Positions 51,294-61,179 of a stretch of 61,225 nt of DNA are shown piece after piece. The notes under the pieces are model-generated. The model saw only the letters and a list, made by a program, of their open reading frames with translations, did not search any database and was not told the origin of the DNA. Numbering within the stretch: position 1 is the first letter of the stretch; each line of letters starts with the position of its first letter. The position numbers were made by a program, and so were the translations under genes. The DNA is taken from sequence record DRR378314_160; one strand, 5' to 3'.

Positions 51294-53932
51294 CGGGTAC
51301 TCTCCACATTGCGGATCGGCTCACCACCAGCTTCAGATTTCGGGCCTGGTTTCAGGTGATACCCTTTAAAACCCACTCTTGGAAGGCCCAGGGCGGTGAT
51401 GGTGGGCCGACGAAAGCTCGTGCTCAACCTTACCCCGCCTAACGGTTCTTCGCCAATAACGATTTTTTCAGGTAACCCATTGACCGGGTATTCAGCACAG
51501 GCCTCTCCGTTCTCACAAATCAGCCCATTGTTATCCATGTCGGTGCCGGCCACCAGAAAGTATTCGCCAGCCTCAACCTGGTCGAACGCAAATTCGTACC
51601 GCCCCTGGGAAGCGTCGACGACAACCTGCTCGAGGGTATCACGCTCCTCGTCAGCACTGACCAACAATACATAGTGCCGGCCCGCATTCCGCTCATCCGG
51701 CGAGCTGCCCAGGCGGAGAGACACTGGAATCCCGAGCTTCGCTGCAGCAGCGCCGTCCGCTTGATAGGTAATCACCAGCTCGGCCGTGTAGCGCCCCTCC
51801 CCTACCAGTTCCGTAGGGTCAGCAGTCACCGTCAACGATCGCGGCGGCTCATCGCTAAGCTCACTCACCCCAAGCCATGGTGCCCCCGGGTCAACGTCCA
51901 GGATGGTCACGCTCTCGCCATCGGGGTAGGTCGCCAGTACCACCTGCTCACTGAGCACCGCCGCGTTGAACTGAATGGCCGTGGGCGAGGCGCTGAGGGT
52001 GATCGGGAAATTGCCATCCAGCGCCGCGTCCATCGACGCCAGGGCATTGATCTGCCCTGCTCCGTACTCAAATGCAGGCCCCACGTCGTCCGTAAGGTCA
52101 CCGTTTACCAGGAAACTCTGGAATCCGGCAGGAGTGAGGGTCGGCACTTCAGCTTTCATCAGGGCGTACACACCCGCCACATGGGGTGCGGCCATTGAGG
52201 TCCCCTGCAGGCCAGCGTATCCCGGCTCGAAAGTACCAGTATCGTCGCGCCCCCAGGCACTGACAATGACATCGGCGGTACCGTCCTGATTGGCATCCCG
52301 GCTTGCATCGCCACCCGGCGCGACCACGTCGACAGACGGGCCAATATTGGAATAGGAGGCTCGCACGCTTCCACCGTCGACAGCCCCAACTCCAATAACA
52401 TTGGGGTAAGCAGCCGGGTAAGTTGGCTCGTCCGTACCCTGGTTGCCCGCCGCTGCGACAATCAGTTTACCGTTGTTCCAGGCCGCGTCGATCGCCTGTT
52501 TCAGCGCGTTGCTTGGGCCCAGCCCACCGAGACTGAGGTTGATCACGTCTATTTCAGTGCGGCCGGCTGCCCAGTTCAAGGCGTCGATCAGGTCTGCAGA
52601 AGACCCTACACCGTCACGCCCAAGCACCCGTATTGGATAGATGGTGGCCCCAGGCGACACCCCAACAACACCCAGGGTGTTATCAGCCGCAGCGGCAATG
52701 CCCGCCACGTGAGTTCCGTGGAAGTTGCTGCTCCGGGCCTTGCCGTCGCCTGGGTCGGCCGGGTTGGTATCGCGTTGGCCGTTGTCTTCCTGATCAATAT
52801 CCAGATCGCCCGAAACGAAGTCCATGATCTGACCGGGAATCAATCGCACATTGGCAACCAGGTCCGGATGCCAGTCGCCACTTGCCGTGGGCGGTGACCT
52901 GAAGACACCGGTGTCCATGATGGCAATACCGATATCGGCCCCCGCATTCGGGGCAGTCTGCCAGGCCAACGGCGTTTGAATCAGCGGCAGCCCCCATTGA
53001 CGACGGTAAAGTGGATCATTGTCTGGAGACACTTGCTGGGCAGTATAGAGGTAGTTCGGCTCTGCCGAGGTCACACCGGGCTGTTGCTGCAACTCCCTGA
53101 CCCAGTCCAGGGTTTCCTGCCGCGCACGTTCTCGCTGGCCGACGGACATGGTTGCCAGGTTTCGTGCACGATCACGGCGCAACAGCCACGTGCCCGCCCC
53201 CAGTTCCCTGCGCTGTGACGACGCCATGGAGGCCACCAACGGCTGGTTTCCGCTGGCCGGTGCAACACTGACAACGGCTTCGTCAATCATGAACGGCGGA
53301 TTGGTATAGCTGGTGTTCATTACGCTGGCTGACGCCACACCTGCCAGCGACAACACATATCGGAACGGAATGCCGTTACTGGTGCTCACTTCCACCAGGT
53401 AAGAGCCGGGTTCGAAAGTGTCATCGAGCACCTCTACCAGCGGCTGCAAGTCGCCGGTAGCAGACTGAGACGCGACCTCCACAAAACTTCCCGCTTCTCG
53501 CCTCAGTATCCGAAGAGAACGTTCCGGTGCTCCCGAGCCAGGGGGCAGGAGGTCCTCCTGAGAACTGAACACCTGAAACGCGATGCGGTCACCAGGTGAC
53601 AGCTCCACGGCGTAAACATCGGCAGCATCTTCAAAGTACTGGAAAAAATTTGCATAGGTTCCGGAGCCTGAGCTCAGATAGCCACCCACGGTAGCGCCCG
53701 GCGGCAGAGTCTGGGCAGACACGGCCGTGTCATTGGCGGTGGCAAGGCCAACACGGAGATCGTCCGCCGTATCGGAATCCACCCGAGTACCACTCTCAAT
53801 CTCAACCACCCCACCCAGATCGGGTTGTGCTTCGGCGCTGCCGTCAGACCCTCCGCCACCGCCACCGCCACAGCCTGTGAACAGCAACATCAGTGACATC
53901 AAAACAGCGGTGACAGGGACAGTCCGAATCAT
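51290..53932 (-). CDS. Lipoprotein subtilisin-like S8 serine peptidase with accessory beta-sandwich domains
   Basis: Lipobox FTGC followed by poly-Gly, AEPNY propeptide end, catalytic IMDTG / HGTHVAG / GTSMAAPHVAG, oxyanion AAGN; start at ATG 53932. Confidence 0.92.
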   Translation of the reverse strand: MIRTVPVTAVLMSLMLLFTGCGGGGGGGSDGSAEAQPDLGGVVEIESGTRVDSDTADDLRVGLATANDTAVSAQTLPPGATVGGYLSSGSGTYANFFQYFEDAADVYAVELSPGDRIAFQVFSSQEDLLPPGSGAPERSLRILRREAGSFVEVASQSATGDLQPLVEVLDDTFEPGSYLVEVSTSNGIPFRYVLSLAGVASASVMNTSYTNPPFMIDEAVVSVAPASGNQPLVASMASSQRRELGAGTWLLRRDRARNLATMSVGQRERARQETLDWVRELQQQPGVTSAEPNYLYTAQQVSPDNDPLYRRQWGLPLIQTPLAWQTAPNAGADIGIAIMDTGVFRSPPTASGDWHPDLVANVRLIPGQIMDFVSGDLDIDQEDNGQRDTNPADPGDGKARSSNFHGTHVAGIAAAADNTLGVVGVSPGATIYPIRVLGRDGVGSSADLIDALNWAAGRTEIDVINLSLGGLGPSNALKQAIDAAWNNGKLIVAAAGNQGTDEPTYPAAYPNVIGVGAVDGGSVRASYSNIGPSVDVVAPGGDASRDANQDGTADVIVSAWGRDDTGTFEPGYAGLQGTSMAAPHVAGVYALMKAEVPTLTPAGFQSFLVNGDLTDDVGPAFEYGAGQINALASMDAALDGNFPITLSASPTAIQFNAAVLSEQVVLATYPDGESVTILDVDPGAPWLGVSELSDEPPRSLTVTADPTELVGEGRYTAELVITYQADGAAAAKLGIPVSLRLGSSPDERNAGRHYVLLVSADEERDTLEQVVVDASQGRYEFAFDQVEAGEYFLVAGTDMDNNGLICENGEACAEYPVNGLPEKIVIGEEPLGGVRLSTSFRRPTITALGLPRVGFKGYHLKPGPKSEAGGEPIRNVESTR

Positions 53933-54047
53933 AATGGGCTCACTAGTGCGACAGCTTCGAAATTGAAGAACCACGCCATGCAAAGTCAGTATGGTATTCA
54001 TTAAACGCCTATGGAACCGATTACGTTCCAAACCCGCGATCAGATGC

Positions 54048-54082
54048 AAAAAACCGCCTGCAGGTTACCCTACAGGCGGTTT
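54048..54082 (-). terminator. Intrinsic terminator after the TRAP operon
   Basis: AAACCGCCTG-C-AGG-TTAC-CCT-A-CAGGCGGTTT with a minus-strand U-tract (6 T). Confidence 0.75.
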
Positions 54083-54103
54083 CGCGTTGATGACTCCTGG
54101 CGT

Positions 54104-56155
54104 CTAAAGCGCGTAGAAAAACAGGGGCACGAACGCAGCCGTCAGCAGTGTCGGCCCCATCACCACCAGCGGCAGCAGCAGTCGCTCGTAACGATGCCAG
54201 AACGACCCTGTGCGCTCAGCGGCCAACACCTCGGTTTCACCGACCACCTGTCGTGTCAGCAGATGGTTCAGCGCCACCGGCGGGCTCAGGTAACCCAACT
54301 CAAACGCTACCAGGCAGACGATCCAGAAGTGCAGCGGGTCGATGCCTAACTGAATAGCCGGTTGCGCGATGGTGGCTGACACCAGGATAACCGCGCCAAA
54401 CGGGTCCATCACCATACCGATAACGGTAAGCATCACCACGATTACCAACATGGCGACCCAGGGACTGGTCAGGTTTTCAGGGAACAACGCGTGCACCACG
54501 TCGGAACGCTCCAGAATGCCGCCCAGACAGATGGAAAAGCCGATCAGCGCCAGCAGTGCGCCAATATGCACGGCAGAGTCACTGGCAGCCGCCGTTGTGC
54601 GCATGCAGAAAGCGCGCACCCGGGACTGGCCCTGCTCATTGGGATCTTTGCCAGAGTCGAGGTAGACCAGCGCCAACATTACCAACGGCAGAATCATCGG
54701 CGCGCTGTATTCGTTGAATCCCAGGCCGAGGATGCCCCAGATGGCCAAGATGACCAAAGCGGTCACGGCGGCATACGGTGCCAGGGGGCGAAGTTCTGCC
54801 AGCGATTTCCGGAATGCGCCCGGAGCTGGGCGAGGCTTCCAGTTACCCTGGGTTTTGCAGACAACCACAGAGAACAGCGTCGCCGACATAATAAACACCC
54901 AGAAACCCCAGCCGTACATTTCGGAGGTGGTCACTTCCTTGTTCAGTGCCGCTACGACCACAATCAGCAAACAGGGATTGAGAACGACCCCCAAGCTGCC
55001 AGACATCGCCGTGGTCGCCAGCGATAGCTGCCGCCCTGCTCCGCTCTTGCGCATTTCATCGTAGACAACCCCGCCCACGGCCAGGATAAAAATCCCAGAG
55101 GCGCCGGTAAACGCCGTGGGAAAGGCCGTCGCGAAGATCATCACCGAAGCCAGCATAGGAGCAGGCAGATGATAAGGTTTGATGACATTCAACAGCAGAT
55201 CCGGAATGCGGGTCTGCTTCAGCGCCATGCCCACAAGCACGTAGAGGCCGATGTTGATAAACATTGACGACAGGTTCGTCATCATACCGAAATAGATGGC
55301 GAGGCCAGACGAGTAGCCATCCACGAAGAAGAAATAACTCATGGCGATCAGGCCCATGGCGCAATACAGCGGCAGCACAAGACCGGAGGAAGCCGCCAGG
55401 GAGCCAGGCCTCATCCTCGCTGGTATCGCTACAAATCGCACAAGGTTGATCGCCATGAACAGCCCGAAGACAGCCGCCCAGGCGTACTGCAGCAAAGCGG
55501 TGTCTTCCGATCCTGGCGAAGAAGATAACCTGCCCACATAAGAGAACAGGGAATACACCATCAGGCCGTTGACCACCAGTTGCATGACTTGGCTCAGCCG
55601 CCACTCTGCCCGGTTGCGCGGCAATCGCAGGGCAATGTGATCTGCGTCGAAGGCTGAAATCGCGGCAGCCATGGCAAACATGGCGATGAACAGGAACTTG
55701 GTGAGTTCGATGTTATCCAGCAGGAAATCGGCAAAGCCCTGTTCAACGGCCTTGTAAACCGCCAACGCTTCGGTGGCGTGTTTCTGGTTTTCTTCGAAGA
55801 GGCGATGTTTCTCCTGGCAGAGTGCCAGGTTCTTTTCCAGGGATTTGCGGATTGCATCCGGGTCCGGCGGCGAACTGAAGAGGTCGTCCGGGTCCGGCTC
55901 GTAGGCCTCAACTCGCTTTCTGACCTCGGCGTCCACATCCATGGACAGCGTGCAGGTCGGCTCCGTGGCATCCGGGTCCAGCAGGTAGTAGTTTGGCCAG
56001 GTCTGCTCTCCCACCCACAGCATGCGTGAATGGAGTGAGTTGCCCATACCCAGAAGAAGCGTAAAGATAAGGAGCAGCAGGAGAATGACCCCGTGCAGTC
56101 GATGCACGGGATACTGCGTTTTCGGCCCTGCGACTGATAATGCTCGCCAGTTCAT
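54104..56155 (-). CDS. TRAP transporter permease (DctM-type, probably fused Q-M) with N-terminal periplasmic helical insert
   Basis: Many TMs, TAFTGASGI, IGMVMDP..AVIL, GIDPLHF, ELGYLSPPVALN. Confidence 0.88.
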   Translation of the reverse strand: MNWRALSVAGPKTQYPVHRLHGVILLLLLIFTLLLGMGNSLHSRMLWVGEQTWPNYYLLDPDATEPTCTLSMDVDAEVRKRVEAYEPDPDDLFSSPPDPDAIRKSLEKNLALCQEKHRLFEENQKHATEALAVYKAVEQGFADFLLDNIELTKFLFIAMFAMAAAISAFDADHIALRLPRNRAEWRLSQVMQLVVNGLMVYSLFSYVGRLSSSPGSEDTALLQYAWAAVFGLFMAINLVRFVAIPARMRPGSLAASSGLVLPLYCAMGLIAMSYFFFVDGYSSGLAIYFGMMTNLSSMFINIGLYVLVGMALKQTRIPDLLLNVIKPYHLPAPMLASVMIFATAFPTAFTGASGIFILAVGGVVYDEMRKSGAGRQLSLATTAMSGSLGVVLNPCLLIVVVAALNKEVTTSEMYGWGFWVFIMSATLFSVVVCKTQGNWKPRPAPGAFRKSLAELRPLAPYAAVTALVILAIWGILGLGFNEYSAPMILPLVMLALVYLDSGKDPNEQGQSRVRAFCMRTTAAASDSAVHIGALLALIGFSICLGGILERSDVVHALFPENLTSPWVAMLVIVVMLTVIGMVMDPFGAVILVSATIAQPAIQLGIDPLHFWIVCLVAFELGYLSPPVALNHLLTRQVVGETEVLAAERTGSFWHRYERLLLPLVVMGPTLLTAAFVPLFFYAL

Positions 56156-56171
56156 GGAGGGTCAGCCTTTA

Positions 56172-57182
56172 TTATTCGCGATCAGACGCTGTGCACTCGG
56201 AGGCCCCGGGATTACTGGAGCAACGGATTTTACTGAGCAGGCTCATCATCTTCGGGTGATAGACCTTGTTGGCACCCTCGGTGCCATCACGAAGCTGCAG
56301 GCGGTTTTCCCGAAACATCTCCTGATAGCCTTCGATGTCGCTGTCGGGAATGCGAATCCACTTCTCCTCTGGAATGGCGGATTCCTGACGCTGAACCAGA
56401 TCCATGGCCTGACCATACATGCCCCAGGCGACTTCCCGTGACGTCTGTGCCTTATCGTCTTCGAGCACACCGTCTCGGGCAATGATCTGGATGGTCAGTT
56501 GCGCAAGCGGATAATCAACGATACCGCCGTCCTCGCCGATGCCCTTGTAGAGCTCCAGCGCTTCGTAGGCAAACGCCGGTGCGTAGGCCGTGTCCACCGA
56601 GCCATTGTTGAACTTGCCAGCAAAGTTTGTGATGTCGGAGGGAACAACCGTCGCTTTCACATGATTCACCATGTGGATGGCGTCTTTCTGGTAGTCCAGT
56701 GTGGCCATGCGTTTGCCGGCCAACTCGCCAGCAGTATCAATGCTCCGATCATTGACGAACAGGTAGCCGGCGCCCGCCGGAACGATACCGAGAACCTCGT
56801 AGTCACCTTGCTTCATCAACGGCGCCGCCTTGGGCTGGGCCAGGGTGGCGAGCGTCGTTTTCAGGTCGTCATAGGTGGGAATGGCGCCAACGGCACTGAT
56901 ACTGCCGGTAAACCGATTGAAAGGGCGTGTTCGGATATCCGTCGCTGCTACCGCGTCGCATTGTCCGGAATTGAAATCGCCAACGGCGACACCCTCGTCG
57001 GTGTAGGGACGCAATTCAAAATCAACCCCGTGGGCTTTCATTTCCAGGGCGTAGTCTTTGACCATGTTGTACATATCACCGTTGGCGCCGATGACATCGA
57101 ATACGCACATGGTGACAGACTGTGCGGCTGCCATTGGGGCGACAGCGGCAAAAGACAGGGCAGCAAGGGATTTGCGGATCAT
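56172..57182 (-). CDS. Putative TRAP solute-binding protein (AdeT/DUF6091-like)
   Basis: Signal peptide, CVFD..GANG, YTDE, GQCD, FNNGSVD, AYEALELYKG; directly upstream of the permease; RBS GGAGG. Confidence 0.78.
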   Translation of the reverse strand: MIRKSLAALSFAAVAPMAAAQSVTMCVFDVIGANGDMYNMVKDYALEMKAHGVDFELRPYTDEGVAVGDFNSGQCDAVAATDIRTRPFNRFTGSISAVGAIPTYDDLKTTLATLAQPKAAPLMKQGDYEVLGIVPAGAGYLFVNDRSIDTAGELAGKRMATLDYQKDAIHMVNHVKATVVPSDITNFAGKFNNGSVDTAYAPAFAYEALELYKGIGEDGGIVDYPLAQLTIQIIARDGVLEDDKAQTSREVAWGMYGQAMDLVQRQESAIPEEKWIRIPDSDIEGYQEMFRENRLQLRDGTEGANKVYHPKMMSLLSKIRCSSNPGASECTASDRE

Positions 57183-57240
57183 GAATGACCTCCGGGTCTT
57201 TCTTGTGTTTGTAGGTTGTTACAACGAGTCGGGCGCCTGC

Positions 57241-58302
57241 TTACAGCAGGCCGTCCAGATCCATGGTCTCAGGCTCTTCCATACGTTCCGGGCTCAGCCT
57301 GCCAAAATAGGTTCGAGGCGTACGGTACCCGTAATTGGCGGTCCAGTGCTTGTCCGAGGAAAACTGGATAACACCCCGGGCCACTTCATCCACCAGTCGG
57401 AACTCACTCCAGACCTCAATGGTGTTGTCTGCCTCTGCAAATCGGGCAATCACGTCCTTCAAGACCTCCGGGCGCCCAAACGTCTCGGCAGCAACGGCCT
57501 CAAGAGCCATGGAAGCCCGCATGCCGGCTTTGACGCCCAGGCGGGAACTGTCTTCAAGCACCACCCATGGGTCCGGTGACAAGCTGGGGCGGGTGTCCGG
57601 CAACAGCAGCCAGACCATGGCGCGGATGGCATTTGGCAAACCGCCCCATTTTTCGTTATCCAGACATTCGGCGGCACGTTCTGCCCGTGGTGCAATGTTG
57701 CGGGGGACCCCTGCCATGGCACCGGAATTGGCGTCGTTCACGATGGCCTGCATACCCGTCAGAAGGCCCAACAGAAAGGTCAGCTCCTCCTGGTCATCGA
57801 ACAGAAACGGACACTCGAATGTCTCGGCGGCAGGGTCGAAGTCATAAGCCGCCATGGCGCGCTGATAGGCGATATAGCGCCGGCTGGCGGTTCGGGCATT
57901 CAGTCGCTTTGCTTTCTCTCGCGCATCTTTTGCCGCAGGTACGTCACCGGCAAAATCAGCGCGCAGGTAGTCCAGCTCCGCTTCCCACGCCTTATACTCC
58001 GAGCAGTTTGCGGCCAGAAGCATCAACAGAGAGCCGGTGCTTTCAGGTGCCTCGGTGACGCGGGAGAACGAATACAACAGCGGGTCAATGCCCTCACCCA
58101 AGGCGCACGCCATTTGGGGATCCGACATCTGCATGACGTAGGGGGTGGCTTCTCCTTCAGAGTAATTGGAGAGCACCACGCCCGTTGTGGTGTAGATGGG
58201 GTTGGCCGAGCAACCGGCCAGAAACGTCACCAGGAGAAGTAGCAGGCAACGGCTGCGAACGTTGAGGGCATGCCCAAAGGAATTCACCAGTGAGGAGTTC
58301 AT
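57241..58302 (-). CDS. Helical lipoprotein, probable TRAP T-component (TatT-like)
   Basis: Lipobox LAGC, Ala/Leu/Glu-rich helical composition, first gene of the TRAP operon. Confidence 0.6.
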   Translation of the reverse strand: MNSSLVNSFGHALNVRSRCLLLLLVTFLAGCSANPIYTTTGVVLSNYSEGEATPYVMQMSDPQMACALGEGIDPLLYSFSRVTEAPESTGSLLMLLAANCSEYKAWEAELDYLRADFAGDVPAAKDAREKAKRLNARTASRRYIAYQRAMAAYDFDPAAETFECPFLFDDQEELTFLLGLLTGMQAIVNDANSGAMAGVPRNIAPRAERAAECLDNEKWGGLPNAIRAMVWLLLPDTRPSLSPDPWVVLEDSSRLGVKAGMRASMALEAVAAETFGRPEVLKDVIARFAEADNTIEVWSEFRLVDEVARGVIQFSSDKHWTANYGYRTPRTYFGRLSPERMEEPETMDLDGLL

Positions 58303-58562
58303 AGTTCGTCCTGTTTACATTGTTTTTATAGGTCGGGGGTGATCGCAACCACCTTCCCGCTCATCGTTGACGATGGCAAGAATGCGTTGAATCTTGTCAG
58401 ACAAAAATGGCTGGATTGCCGATTTGGTCATGCCGATCAGGCCAATGGCCTACATAGACGGGAGAAAACGAATTTTTTATTGATATAAAACAAAGAGTTC
58501 AAAAAATAATTACAATTGAGACATTCGTACCATGATCGGCATTTTATGCCAGACTTCCCGGT

Positions 58563-59180
58563 TCAGGGCGTCGCTAACCCCATCATTGCAACCACCTGCC
58601 CCGTCAAATCATCCAGGGTCAGGCCACCGTCGGGCCGGTACCAGGTAACGGTCCAACTCAGGGCGCCCGTAAGCATGCGGCGGACGACAAAAGGGTCCGC
58701 TGCCAGCACGCCGTCCTGACGCAACGCCTCCAGCACATCCAGCCACAACTGCTCGTAGATATCCCGAAGTTCAAGGACGTGAGCCTGGGATTCCTCGGAA
58801 AGGCTGCGCCACTCGAAAACCAGGACGGCCATAGCCTCCCCGGTCTGCCCGTTGATGGACTCCAGTTCAGCCCGAATCAGCGCCTGCAACTTGTCACGAT
58901 GGGTGCTGGCCGCATCCACCGCAGCCTGCATCAGGGCTGTGTTGAGACGAATGGTTTCCACCATGACGGCCTTGAGGATTTCTTCCTTGGTGCGAAAGTG
59001 GTGGAACAGGCTACCGGACTGAATGCCCACGGCGGCGGCCAGATCCCTGACGGTGGTCCGCTCATACCCCTTGTCGCGAAACAGCTTTGCGGCCTCGTGG
59101 AGAAGCCGGCCACGGGCGCCGGCGGGATCGGAAACCAGATTGTCGGCAACCAGTGAGCGCAGGATAGAGTCTTGATTCAC
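58563..59180 (-). CDS. atuR: TetR-family repressor AtuR-like
   Basis: AAKLFRDKGYERTTVRDLAAAVGIQSGSLFHHFRTKEEIL HTH; divergent from atuA. Confidence 0.85.
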   Translation of the reverse strand: MNQDSILRSLVADNLVSDPAGARGRLLHEAAKLFRDKGYERTTVRDLAAAVGIQSGSLFHHFRTKEEILKAVMVETIRLNTALMQAAVDAASTHRDKLQALIRAELESINGQTGEAMAVLVFEWRSLSEESQAHVLELRDIYEQLWLDVLEALRQDGVLAADPFVVRRMLTGALSWTVTWYRPDGGLTLDDLTGQVVAMMGLATP

Positions 59181-59234
59181 AGTGTTTTCCAGCCAGGGGA
59201 CAGAAGAACGCCTATTCTATCCCGAATTTGCCTG

Positions 59235-59264
59235 TTTACAAACCAAGCGCTTGCTTGGTATTGT
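59235..59264 (+). promoter_or_regulatory. atuA promoter with a palindromic TetR operator between -35 and -10
   Basis: TTTACA (59235-59240), 18 nt, TATTGT (59259-59264); palindrome ACCAAGC-N4-GCTTGGT (59242-59259). Confidence 0.7.
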
Positions 59265-59351
59265 CGAATGCATCGCTGATGACCTCCGCAGACGGCGGGC
59301 CACCGAAGGCCCCTGAACGCACTTTGCGGCTTCCGTTAACAAGGTGAATAC

Positions 59352-61157
59352 ATGCCAGATTCCGAGATCTCCAAGCCACAAACTGTCCGCATTGGCTGTT
59401 CCGCCGCCTTCTGGGGCGACACCGAAACGGCCGCGGCCCAACTGGTTCGCAAGGGCAACATCGATTACCTGGTGGCTGATTACCTAGCGGAAATCACCAT
59501 GTCCATCATGGCAGGGCAGAAGATGAAGGACCCAAGCCAGGGTTATGCCCGCGACTTCGTGCAAACGGTGATGGGGCCCTTGCTGGGTGAGATCAAAGAG
59601 AAAGGCATACGGGTATTGGCGAACGCCGGCGGTGTCAATCCCGTTGCCTGCCGCGATGCGCTGCAGGCGTTGTGTGAAAAGGCCGGTTTGGATATGAAGA
59701 TCGCTCTGGTGCTGGGCGATGATCTGTTGCCAAAAAAGAAGCAACTGGCCGATGCTGACGTCACCGAGATGACCACCGGACAGCCAATGCCACCGATGCT
59801 GGTCAGCCTGAACGCCTATCTGGGGGCTCCAGGGCTGGTGGCTGCCCTGGAACAGGGTGCGGACATTGTCATTACCGGTCGGGTTGCCGACAGCGCTCTG
59901 GTGTTGGCGCCGCTGGTGCATGAATTCGGCTGGAGCTGGTGCGATTACGACCGGCTTGCCCAGGGTAGCCTGGCCGGGCACCTGTTGGAATGTGGCGCGC
60001 AATCCACCGGCGGTAACTTTACCGACTGGGAAGACGTGGCCGACGGTTATGCCGATATGGGCTTTCCGATTGCAGAAGTCTCGGCCTCCGGGGATGTCAT
60101 CATGACCAAGCCTGCGGGCACCGGCGGCAAAGTGTCCCGGGGCACGGTGGCGGAGCAGCTGGTGTATGAGATCGGTGACCCCAGGGCTTACCTGCTACCG
60201 GATGTGACCTGTGATTTTACCGGGGTCGCCCTTGAGGAAGTGGCTGCGGACGAGGTTCGTGTTTCTGGCGCCAAAGGGCTTCCCCCTACGGACCGCTATA
60301 AGGTGTCCGGCACCTGGCCGGACGGGTTCAAATGCACGGTGACCTTCCTGATGGCGGGCATGAATGCGAAGGCCAAGGCGCAGGCAGTCGCCGAGGCGAT
60401 CCTGGCAAAAACCTCCCGGATGTTCAGTGAACGCGGCCTTCCGGATTACACCGAAACAAGCATCGAACTGCTGGGAACCGAAGCCACGTATGGCGCCCAG
60501 GGCCGCATGGGGGACTGCCGTGAGGTGGTGGTGAAGATCAGCACGGCTCATCTGAAGAAGGAAGCGTTGGTGTTGTTCTCCCGCGAAATTGCCCAGGCAG
60601 CCACGGGGATGGCGCCGGGGATCACCGGCATTGTAGGCGGAAGGCCGACGGTGTGGCCGAAGATTCGACTGTATTCGTGCCTGGTTCCAAAAACGGAGGT
60701 GTCGGTTTCGGTGGATCTTGATGGCAATCAGCAGGTGGTGGGTGTGTCTACGGTCGGCGGGTTCGAGCCGAGCCAGCTGGTTGAACAGCCTGCCAATGCG
60801 GCCTCACCGGCCACGGATACGACGGTGCCGTTGGTCCGTCTGGCCTGGGCGCGCAGCGGTGACAAGGGGGATCATACCAATATTGGGGTGATTGCCCGTA
60901 AGGCGGAGTTTGTGCCGTTTATTGAGGCGGCGTTAACAGAGTTGGCGGTTGCAGAATGGATGGGTCATACGCTGGATCCGGAGCATGGCCGGGTGACCCG
61001 TTGGGCGTTGCCTGGGTTCCAGGCCTTTAATTTCCTGTTGGAGCACAGCCTTGGCGGGGGTGGCGTTGCCAGTCTGCGGATTGATCCCCAGGGCAAAGCG
61101 TTTGCTCAGCAGTTGCTTGAGTTTCCTGTGCCGGTTCGTGCTGAGCTGCTTGATTAA
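59352..61157 (+). CDS. atuA: Acyclic terpene utilization protein AtuA
   Basis: [65 protein letters not shown]. Confidence 0.92.
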   Translation: MPDSEISKPQTVRIGCSAAFWGDTETAAAQLVRKGNIDYLVADYLAEITMSIMAGQKMKDPSQGYARDFVQTVMGPLLGEIKEKGIRVLANAGGVNPVACRDALQALCEKAGLDMKIALVLGDDLLPKKKQLADADVTEMTTGQPMPPMLVSLNAYLGAPGLVAALEQGADIVITGRVADSALVLAPLVHEFGWSWCDYDRLAQGSLAGHLLECGAQSTGGNFTDWEDVADGYADMGFPIAEVSASGDVIMTKPAGTGGKVSRGTVAEQLVYEIGDPRAYLLPDVTCDFTGVALEEVAADEVRVSGAKGLPPTDRYKVSGTWPDGFKCTVTFLMAGMNAKAKAQAVAEAILAKTSRMFSERGLPDYTETSIELLGTEATYGAQGRMGDCREVVVKISTAHLKKEALVLFSREIAQAATGMAPGITGIVGGRPTVWPKIRLYSCLVPKTEVSVSVDLDGNQQVVGVSTVGGFEPSQLVEQPANAASPATDTTVPLVRLAWARSGDKGDHTNIGVIARKAEFVPFIEAALTELAVAEWMGHTLDPEHGRVTRWALPGFQAFNFLLEHSLGGGGVASLRIDPQGKAFAQQLLEFPVPVRAELLD

Positions 61158-61179
61158 TTTGGTTTTGGTGCATGCGCTC

